From NCBI GenBank assembly GCA_044892505.1, contig CM097882.1:67704001-67768000 (forward strand): 64,000 bases of DNA. Direction: 5' to 3'. Every line of letters starts with the position of its first letter. Position 1 is the stretch's first letter. This document shows positions 50,001-62,000 of the stretch, piece after piece. The translations under genes were made by a program, and so were the position numbers. The notes beneath the pieces were generated by a model. That model worked only from the letters and a program-made list of their open reading frames with translations. It did not search any database and was not told the origin of the DNA. This stretch comes from Schmidtea nova (taxonomy: Eukaryota).

Positions 50001-53000
50001 GAAAACCGAAAACCAGTAATAAAAATCCGTGGTTTAGATTTTCTAGTTTATGCCAAAAACCGCCGGTTTTCGATTAAGCATGGTGACAAATTCTATGTAT
50101 GAATTTTTACGATATTTAAAATGCGTTTTGGGAAAATATTATAAATTATAAATAAAAAATACCTTAATATAAAGTTTCAACATATTCCTGTTGGTCTCTA
50201 AAGAATTCGGTTGAATTAGTCCTCTAATCTGGCTTCACGCGTTTCTTTATTCAATAAAATAACTCAATAAACATGAATTTTTTATTTTTACTAATATATA
50301 AAAAATATAAAAATAAAAATATATAAAATATATAAAAACTTTCCTTTAAATCAAGTGGATGATGTTTTAAACAAAATTTGATTCTTTAATCTCAATCTCA
50401 CTATTTACGCTCTGAATACACTTCAAATTTTGACCATAACTAAGATACTTTGTCAAGCCTTCATCCGTCTGTATATGTTACTCCGACTTCAGTTACGATC
50501 AGGAAGTTGTATCAACTATTTTTCCCGATTTTCAATAAGAAGATCTAAACAAACAACGTTTGTTGGTTTTTATTTTACCACAGCTTGACAGATCGCACTA
50601 TCACACCTGTCAAAATCAGCGATTTAGTTTGTATTTTCGCAATTACGTCATCTGGAGACATCCTTCATCAATATAAAATTAATTAATTCGTCTTTAACTT
50701 TTCCTTCTCATTTTAATCAATTTTTTATTTTTAAATTGTATTTCTTCACTTTTTGTGCCACTCCAACATTCTTTTACAAATTGCATTTATTATATTAATT
50801 CTGTTTTTAATTAAATTTGATTCCATTGCCATATTTTCTATTACGCTATATTCGGTAAATATTTTCCATTGTTTTCTCATTTTTTGTGCTAAATTCTTTT
50901 AAAATTTACACAGGTTCCTCTAAAGTTCTACTGCCCTGATTGTGCATCATTCTGTTATAGGAGCTATGGAGAAATAGTTTGGATAAAATGTGGATCCTAT
51001 CCATGGTGGCCTGGCCAAATTCTGCATTTAGATAATGTTCCGAAAAATATTGCTAATAAAAAGCACGCTAACGGTCAGTTTGTAGTTCAATTTTTCGGTT
51101 CACGAGATTATATGTGGCGAGATCACGGAAACGTGTTTCTATATGAGAAAGAAGATGAGGTATTTCATTAATTATCACTTTCCTAATTATTATTGCACGA
51201 AATTTTGAATCACACAAAGTTACAATATTTGATGACTTTTTGAGAACTTTGCTGAAGTGAATGGAAATATTTTTAAATTCATTATTTTCAATATTTGCCT
51301 TACTAAAACAGGAAAATCATTTCTAAAATCGAGATTACTGACTTATTAAAATAAGTAGTTTAAAATTTTTTTATAAATATCAGATTAATTATAATAACTT
51401 GTTAAATTTTTATACTCCATGTTATTTAGGTGGGTGAAAAGCTGTAATTGAATTATATGTTAATACAATATTATCCAAAAGGTAAAGCTTTACAATACAC
51501 AGTGCAAAACCCCAATAGCAGACTAGTTTCAAGCTTTTGGCTGTCATCAGTGCGATACAGGAGACGCCAAAATTGCTTTTCATACTAGTTAAGTATAAAA
51601 TAAAGCTGGAACAACTTTATTCAATAATTTTCCTGGTACACTGGATATCACATCACTTATATATCCAAATTCTTACAGATTATCTGTTAACTTGCAAACA
51701 TGGCGTATGAATATCATATTCGCCTCTGCGCGCTTATAATTAGTTAAAAACAAAAACTGTTTGCAAGCGCATTCGACTGACTTAGCTTTCTCATTATTAT
51801 TATTGTTGGGTTATCATTTTCTAAATTATCTTTCGCTTTTCCCTTAAGTGCTGTCCTGGAAGATTCTTGCTGTAACTCATATATATTAGTGATTATCAAA
51901 TTCATCAATCGATCCAAATGTCGAATCATTTCTTTCACTTTCTTTTCTATTCTTTCGTTAAAATCATCTGGCTAAACAAAGGCTGCGTTGTCTTTCTGCA
52001 ATTTATCACCCTGAAATCTTATTAATTTCTTTAATAACATAATCTAACCTCTGTATGAATGGCATTGAATTTGACCTTGAGGATTCAATCTATTTCTTTG
52101 TGGTTATCACGATTCAGCAAAACAACATTTTGAAAAATGTCCTTTTCTTTCACAATTATAGCATTGCATATTGCCATTAGTTCACTGTTCATTGGAATTT
52201 GTCTTATTGCGACTTTTCTCATCATTTTCTTTAAGCCAATCTCTTCGGTCTTTGTCGTATATTATTTTTAAACAAGCAATAATTGTTATGATGTCCCGTT
52301 TCTGACAGTGTCGCACTGAGTTGGAGTTGGGTTTCTCTGAGAGTTATGTCGGGTTATAATAACTGGAGTCGGTGTTACTTCTGATTCATCGTGCTCCTTG
52401 TTTCAGAATGACTACAATACGAAAAACATTAGATTTATTAAATTTAAAAACAAATTTTTACAATATCGTCAATAGTAACTTTAAATTAGATTTGCACTTC
52501 TCTAAAAATAAAGCAACAGTTTAGGTAACCTAAAGGGGGACCGCCTTCAACACTTATTTTAAATGGTTTTAACTTTGACTTGATTTTTTCAATTCTGTTT
52601 TACACCTCTCTCATTATTTTCTTTGATTCGACCATTTGAAAATTTTTGCTTTTATAGGGCTCTCTCTCATATGTTTGCAATATAATCATTGAGAATTAAA
52701 CAACAATTTAATTAACAAAGAACTCTCCTGAAATTATTGAAAATAATTAAATTAGGCATACGGCTTGTCTGATGAACAGTGACTCTCCTAAAACATAATC
52801 AACCTTTCGATTGTAATATCCAACTAATCTAATTTGTTTTCCAATGAAAACTCAAAAACTCATTCAATTATTTTGTATTTGTTTTGAGGGAGATAACCTG
52901 GCGCTCCCATTACCCAATTAAATTAATTTGTTAATGTTAATTTTTCCTCTTTAATTAATTTTTGTACTTTAATAAATTTTGCCCTTATTAATTGATACAT

Positions 53001-56000
53001 AATTCTCTATATTTAAATTTGTTTCTGCACCAATTTAGATAACCCCAACATTATTAATTACATATTGGCTTTTAAATTCAAACAAGTTCTTTTAAATTGA
53101 TACTAATTATTTAGTATTGATTGATACGTTCTCTGGAACTTTTCATGGAGTTATATGATACTGGAAATTACTGAAAATTGAGCATATTGTCAATGAGAAA
53201 CGATTAGATATGATTTATTCTAATTTAGGTATTTTTTAAATCTGTCACGTGGAAATAATTTTTAAAAAATTTCCAAAGATGCGGCAAATTGCTACAATCA
53301 AAATTATTTTTCTAATATAAATCATTTTGAAAATCTAAAATTAAGTAATTTTCAAAATATTTCTAAGAAAAATTATTAGAAATTATAATTTGTATAAACA
53401 ATTAAAGAATTAAAAACATATAAAAATAATTTATTGAAAAGTTGTCATCTAAAACAAAAATTCTAATTTACATTGTCATCGGAATGTTCAAGATCCTGAA
53501 ATCTTACATTATCAAAAAATTTCACACAAATTGCACAACAATGCTTTTGACAAATAAATTTATTACTAGTGGGACAACTTATTTTTGTTCTGTGGTCCTT
53601 TATATGTGAGTTATTGTTGCATATATTACCTATCAATGTAATTAGCTTTATCATGATATTTTCAATGCAGAAGTAATAAACATTTGTGACTAGGTTTAAA
53701 TAACGTAAAACTCGACGCTAAACGAAATAAATTTTAATTTTAATAAAGTTATCATAGATGAATCAAGATCATAGAATTCAAAAATCACAACGTCATTTTC
53801 TGCCACTTGCCTTTATAGCTTTGAAAATATTATAAAATATGGCATTATACAATTTTTAAATATAGGGGCATTAAAAAAAATAGCATTTTTTTTCTTAAAA
53901 ATAAAAAAAATAGCACTTTTTTTGAAATAATAAAAAATATAGCACTTTTTTTGAAATAATAAAAAATATAGCACTTTTTTTGAAATAATAAAAAATATAG
54001 CACTTTTTTTGAAATAATAAAAAATATAGCACTTTTTTGAAATAATAAAAAATATAGCACTTTTTTTGAAATAATAAAAATTATAGCACTTTTTTTGAAA
54101 TAATAAAAAATATAGCACACTTTATAAAACAATAAAAAAATAGAACATTTAAAAAGGATATATAGAACGAAGAAATAATTATAAAAAAAGCCTAAAAATT
54201 AAAAATAAGGAATTCATTTATTAATTTATATTTGGTGTAAGACCCAAAATTAAAAGAATCCGGGAATATGCAGAAAAATAGAAATAAACCTTTATTTTTC
54301 GGCTTTTTTAAGAATTGTTTCTTCGTTAAATATATCCTTTCTGTATCTTTTTTAAAATGCGCTATTTATTTTATTGTTTTATAAAGTGTGCTATTTATTT
54401 TATTGTTTTATAAAGTGTGCTATTTATAAAGTGTGCTTTATTAAAGTGTGCTTTATTATTTCAAAAAAAGTGCTATATTTTTTATTATTTCAAAAAAAGT
54501 GCTATATTTTTTATTATTTCAAAAAAAGTGCTATATTTTTTATTAATTCAAAAAAAGTGCTATATTTTTTATTATTTCAAAAAAAGTGCTATATTTTTTA
54601 TTATTTCAAAAAAAGTGCTATATTTTTTATTATTTCAAAAAAAGTGCTATATTTTTTATTAATTCAAAAAAAGTGCTATTTTTTTTATTTTCAAAAAAAA
54701 AAGTGCTATTTTTATAATTTTCCCTTTTTAAATATATTGCATCATACTTGAGTTGTACTTGTGCATTTTAATTGTTGTGTAAATTATTTTTACTCAGTTA
54801 AATATTTGCTTGTTATTGTGCCAGAATTATTAATTTGGTTATTTTTGACAATTTGTTTTGTACATTCTATTGAAAAATTGCAATATTTCACGGTTATAAT
54901 ACAAATAAAGTTTTCTTTGTGTAGAAAAACAATTATTTTGAGTTAAGTCGAATAGACATAACATATATTCAGCATTAACATCGATGGCATCTTTGATAGC
55001 CTAGTCCGTTGATTCTTATTGATTGTGCTGGAATTCTGTATTGTTTGTACATTACACATATTGTGTTTGGTATTCGATGGTTTTTGGTTGAGTTCTTTAT
55101 TGGTTTCACACTGACTCATATTGCAGCTACTGAAAATCGAAGACTCATTAGGAATGTTTAAGAACGAGAAATGTTGAGCATTGTTTTGAAATTGGTTGAA
55201 TAAATGAGAATTTGCTATTCCAATAGGAGTACATAATTGAGATGAAGACGAAAGAATTGTCGTATTCAATGACTGATGATTGTTATTGACACGATCAGAT
55301 AGTTTGTAAGTATTCGATTCAGATAGCTTCTTTTCACTCGGTATTTCCACAGATCTCGGATTCGTCACGACATTTGGACTTGAAAGTATTTCATTTGACT
55401 TCTTTTTTGATTTTGAATTAAAAATAGTTAGTTCTTGTTGGGCCATGTTGAATTTATTTGAAAAGTGTCTCGGAAAAAGTAAATATTAAAACAATGCTAT
55501 TTAAATCTTCCATTCAATAATTATTTAATAAATTAATTAATTAAATTAGAGAAATTTTTAATCTAAGGCACTACACCTTGGAAGTTTTATTTTATTAACA
55601 AATTAAATAATAAATCTTTTTTACTGCATTTCAAGATGCCTTTTCATTATTCAAAGGAATACCGTAAACGGAATGTGCCATCTGTTCGTTGTGGATGCGT
55701 TAAATCATGTATCAATGAAATCTCACTTGTTTTTTTACAAATTCTCATTTTGACAATTTTGTCCTCTTGTTGAAAACTATCAGGGAAGATTATTAGAAAA
55801 TTCAAAAGCTTTTAAAATCATAGTAAAATATGTTATTTCATTTTCTCATTTTTGTCGGTTATATATAGTTCTAAATATGATTGTTTAAAAGTTTTCAACA
55901 TAATTATATTTAGATTATTAATTTAATATATCTGTTGAAAATTCCTGAAATAATATGAATAAATACGTTTACGTTTTTTATATTTTCATTGTGCATCTTT

Positions 56001-59000
56001 AAAATTCATATTTTAACATTATAGTGTAATGCTAAGACTTCTAAATACAGAAACAATGACAATTTTCATGAAGGAATTAAAGAAGCTGCAATTGGTTATG
56101 TGGCAAGAGAAGAAAAATGGCAATCAGGTTCTTGTGATCACGTGATGAACTCTAAAATTTATAATAAAATTCAGGTATTGATTAATTTTTAATTGAAAAT
56201 GAAGAGAAAATAAATTAAAATCAATAGTTGAAATTTCACGAAATTTTTTTACAATTAGATTTATTTCAATTTCATTTTCCATTATCGGCGAATATTTTGT
56301 ACATTTGACACAAATTTTGAAAAAGTAAAACTGGAAATCCGTGTTAAATATTGAATAATATATTGATCGATAGCTTAAAAAGAAATGAATATAAAATAAT
56401 GGCTACGGTATAAAACAACTCTCCCACTTTTGAAGGGGAAAAAATTATGTAAATTTAATTAATATTTATTTAAATTTGAATTTTTCCCCTCCAAAAGTTA
56501 TTTACACCATAGCCAAACTCACTAATTACAATATTATAAATTTATTTATTATTATAAAACATTCATGATAAATTTTTTCTTTGGACAACTAAAATATCAC
56601 CGAATTAACCGTTGATTTTATACTATTTTCAATGTATTGAGATTATTTAAAAATAATAAATTATGACTTAATTAATGAAAATGACAAGGTAGTGAAATAA
56701 ATATAACGAGTAGTAATCTTCTATTATTATCAATTGATCTTTTCGTCTATATTTCTGAAATTTTCATTATTTTACAGACTAAATCAATTTTTAAAAAAAT
56801 GTAAATAGTAATCTTTGATTAATTTTAAAAAGAACAAAAAATAGACCAATTAATAACGAAGAAATTAATAAATCAACTAAATGTAAATGATTAAAATAAG
56901 AACAATAACAAGTAAAAATTTGTTAGGGCAATAAATCTTTTATATTGAAATGACGGGTAAACCAGATGTTCTGAAAAAGATGAAAAAAATTGCTCATTTG
57001 ACAACCTTCATAAAAATGGAAAATATATAGACATAATACACTTGTTATTTTAAAGGGATAAAAATACTAGTGAAACGGAAATCGTGCTGCAGTATGAACA
57101 AAAAAATAATTTGTGGATTTATCGAGAGGACTTTGAAAGTAATTTGTTAAAATATTAGGACAATCAAATGAGCCGAGAATTTTCTAATGAAAACAGTAGA
57201 CAAATTGTGATAAAAATGATAAAGAAATCGAAGCAAGTGATTAATTAAGTATTAAGTCTAAAGATAAGTTATTGGAATTATTAAGTGAGGGAGAAGTTTC
57301 ATTTGTGAATCAAGCCAAATGTAAAACAGCATTATTTATAACAAGCTTTATATGTTCCATATTAAATTATGGCGTAATTTTAATTAAAATCACGATCAGA
57401 TTTTGTAAATTGTTGTAAATATTTTTGAGAGTTCATTTGAACAGTTACAGCTCATAGACTTCATATAAATAATAAGTAAAAATCAATAATTGCAATTTAG
57501 CTGATTTCTTTTTATCAAAAACCCAATTAATGTAATTGCATGAGATTAAGACGAATTGATCTAGTTGTTGTAATTGACGAATTGTGTTTTCTGGCAAGTT
57601 TTAATAGTATAACTTGTAATGAAGGTTCGTGGAACATCTGTCTTTAGCAAATGATTTGTTCGATCTTTCCACTACCAACAAATCATGGATTACGAGAATC
57701 CGTTACTTGTTTTATGCGGAATCACTGTTTTTCAAGTGATTAGAAAGTAGTTAATGAAGTAGATAATAATTATGTTCCAGAAAAAATTTGAGTGTATTTT
57801 GGTATTGTATTATTGAATAAATTTAAAATCAATAAAACGGTCCGTAATTTGGCATTCGAATTATTACAATATTCAAAACAAATGCAAAAGGTAAAAAACA
57901 AATCACGTGTTCCGAAGTGAAACTTTTCATTATATGTAGTATAGACTAAATACAAATTTTTAGTGTAACACTGAAGTCCACATTCTTAGACTTAACTTCA
58001 AATTCTATTGTTGAATTCAAATATACTTGTTTCAATTATCTGCTTCCTTTAATTATTATAGGTGAATAAATGTCCTTTGGAACTTCGAAGGAAAATTGTT
58101 CCAGAAACACCACATTGTAACTGTCGTTCACTGGACCCAAAGAGTGATTGTAGTATCGGTAGTGGATGTTTCAACATCGCGTCGAAATTTGAATGTGACC
58201 CCCAGATTTGTAATTTACGAGATAAATGTAAAAATCAAAATTTTGTTAAAAGAATTTATCCAAAACAATATACATTTTGGGCTAACGATCGTGGATGGGG
58301 TTTAAAAACTGATGAATTCATTCAAGCGGTAATTATAATTTAATTATAATTCGAAATTATAAATACAGTCAAAGAAAATTATTAAATTCATAAACTTTCA
58401 TTTTTTATATTTTATTAAAATTCTATATTTAATTTCTTATTTTTAATAATTTGATTCTAATGCAATGAATGTTTTTTACAAAGAAAAATTTACTAATTAA
58501 TAAAAATGCTTTAAAAATTATATTTTGTCAAAATAGTCTAATAAATATTGGTAAATCATTGATTGAACGTCCGAGTGAGAATCTTTATTTGTTTTCATAA
58601 CTACATGAGTTGATCCAAAATCACAGAAAATTTGACCAAAAGGCCCAAATGTTCGAGCTATAATCAAATTAATGTTTTTGATAAAAAGTAACACTATTCC
58701 AAGGATTTTATTATTAATCAGTGTAAAAAGGTTCAGTCTGAAAAGTTCATTTGAATCATTGCGAAAGCGACATCTGAAGAGTTCATTTGAATCATTGCGA
58801 AAGCGACATCTGAAGAGTTCATTGGAATCATTGCGAAAGCGACATCTGAAGAGTTCATTTGAATCATTGCGAAAGCGACAACTGAAGAGTTCATTTGAAT
58901 CATTGCGAAAGCGACATCTGAAGAGTTCATTGGAATCATTGCGAAAGCGACATCTGAAGAGTTCATTTGAATCATTGCGAGAGCGATATCTGATATGGGA

Positions 59001-62000
59001 GTTAATTTCTGAGATTTCCACATCAGCTTCTATAGAATTGTTATCTTTGTTTTCAGAAAGCATTGTGTCTTCTTTTGCTGGATTATTTTCATTATCATCT
59101 GTATTCATATCATCATCTTCTTTTTCATCATTTTTTCGTTTTCGCTTTCATTCATAGTTGTATTTAAATTAATTTCAATTCTTGAATCAAATCTAAATTC
59201 CCTCCAAAAAACTGGAATAATAAAACAACCAATCTAACAATAATTCCTCTAAAGCAAAATCAATAAAAAACTCAATCAACAACAATCTAAAAAATTACCC
59301 AGACAAAATCGCGCACACAGACGCGAGCAGAATAAGCTTTCAAAATTAAGCGCATACAGATGCGAATAGAAAATCGAAAAGCACACACAGACGAACAAAT
59401 ATTTAGAAAAAACAATGAAGCGAACTCTAGTGATTCTGATTTGAATCAAAATTGTGTAAAAATTGTGATAATATGACCTTAGCATTAGATATTGTTAATA
59501 TTTCATTTATTAGTGTTGTTTGGTAATTGTGATAATTTATTGATAATTACATATCTTAGTCTTGTCGTAGGTCACTTACACTTTTATTTTGTATTACATT
59601 CCATTAAGAATAATTATATATAAATTATAACAATTACCAAAAAAACACTAATAAATGAAATATCCTCACTATCAAATGAGAAACACTATGTTGATTTAAA
59701 TTATATTAATTAGAAAAGCCATAAACAGTTTTTATTTGTATAATCAAATGATATAATTATATTTACATACGTACGTCTATAACCTTTGTATTATATTATT
59801 TTTGAATTACTAGATCAAAACTTTTTTAGGTTGTTATGCAAGTGTGATTTCGCTACAGCCTTTATTAAGAATGTATTTCACTCGTTATGCTAACATAATC
59901 TTAAACAGTAAATTTAAGTATTTATTTTTTTTATTTTAAAAGCATTTTATTGGATAAATATTAATTTAATTTATATTTATTTTCCCCTTGGGGATTCTGG
60001 AATAAATAGCTTGGTGCCGTGTCCTTAATTCTCCCTGCCATATTAAAACCACATTTAAAAATTAATTTAATTTACGATTAAAATATAACCAAATAACAAT
60101 TCAACATTTATTTAATTTTAATACAAAAACCATTTACTAATATTAAAACAAACTGTTTTATAAAAATCAATTTAAACTTTAAACATTATTTTTTTGTGCG
60201 AATTGAATGTTGATGAACGGTTTGTGTTTTTTTGATAAAAGCAGTTTAGAAAGCTAATCTTTGTAATGAATTTTTAATCCGTCTTGTAAAAGTTGGCTTT
60301 TTGTTTATAGATGGGATCATTTTAAGTACTTTCTCTCAGTGTTCGTAATAATTACTGATTTTGCTTTAGTGTGTTCATTAAGTCAGGTGCAAAAAGTTGT
60401 GTTTCTCCTATGTAAGTAGTGTCATATTTTTGACATTTTTGGAAAAGCAAAAAAATGGCAAAAAACGACAAAATTATTTATGTCTATTATCTTTTTTGTT
60501 GATAATGGTTCTGATTTTATTGGCTCTAGTGTCATTTAAGAAAGGGAATCGTAGATATGTTGTTATTTGTTATTGTTCGTGTTTCTGACGTTTCTTATTG
60601 CTGGGAATGTTGTCGTAGTGTTTGTTCAGAAAGTATTTTGTTACAAATTCTTCATGGTATCCATTCTGGAGAAAGCGTTTTTCAAAGTTATCTAAGGTTT
60701 CTTGTATTTTGTTTGTGTTTGAACAGTTTCTTATGGCTCATTTTCTAACTCTTATTACTAGTACAATATTGCGTTGAAGTGGAACGTGGTTCTTCCATGG
60801 GAGGATATTATCACTATGTAGACTTTTAGAATATAGATCGGTGTTCGAATTTAGTGGTTCTTTGTGAAACTTACCACGGTATCTAAAAAAGATATTTTAT
60901 CTTCTGTGAATAATTTATTTTTAAATCTTATTTTCCGCAAATTTATCAGCTATAACATTCACAAACATGCATTTTTAAGCTTTGATATTATAAATTTCTT
61001 TTTCATCGCAAATATTTTATCTTATAAAGTGTTGAATTGGAATTTCATTAAGAATTGTTTTGATTAAAATTTCCATTATTTTCCTTTAAACCATTTAATA
61101 ATCAATATTGGCCCCCATAATTCAATAACATTAAATTTTGGCATTTCTATTCTTCTCCCAGCATTGAATATCGTATAAAAAGTAGTCAGTGATAGAGGCA
61201 TTATTATTACACTCATGCACAAAATAAAGTAGACATCTATAAAAATGAGAAGAATAAATTAAGCGTGAAATTTACAATTTGCACCAAGGTGGATTATCGT
61301 ACGAAGAAATTGGCAAAATTTACCAAAAATCAAGAAAAGCTATTGAAAAAGTAGTCAAAAGATACGGAAAACCTCTATTGAAAAGGGGTAGAAAACCCAA
61401 AATTAATAAGAACGATCGTCGAAGAATTAGATCATTTATATTATCCAGAAATAAATCTAAGCAGAAGGTAACATGCAATCAAATATCTCAAGAATTAAAT
61501 TTGAATGTAAGTCGAATGATTATTCTAAGGGAATTAAAAACTTGGAATTATAATTTGTCAAATAATATGAAAAGAGTTCAATTCTGTAAGGATCATTTCA
61601 TTAATAATACGAATTGGTTTCTCGTCTGTTTTACAGACGAAAAACGATTCACTTTGGAAGCTTGTGATTCATACTATTCATGGTACTATAGTTATCAAAA
61701 ACCTGAGCACATAATTAAGGTATTAAGGAGTCCTTCATTAATGATATGGGGTATGATTACCTCTAATGGATTATTAACTTATAAAGTTCCGAAGGGTAAT
61801 CAAAACTCAGATAAATACATTGATAAATTGGATTACTTTGCTCTTTTTAAATATAGGCAATGATTTCATCTATCAGTATGATAATTGTCCTTACCATGCA
61901 TCTCGAAAAACTCTACATTTGTTGCAAAAAGAACGTGTTACTCCATTAAAATGGCCTACCTACAGTCCTGATTTAAACTTGATAGAAAATTGTTGGTCAA

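Noticed and set aside
53813-54751. Four F/Y/K-rich ORFs
   Set aside because: Translations of the 29-bp arrays.
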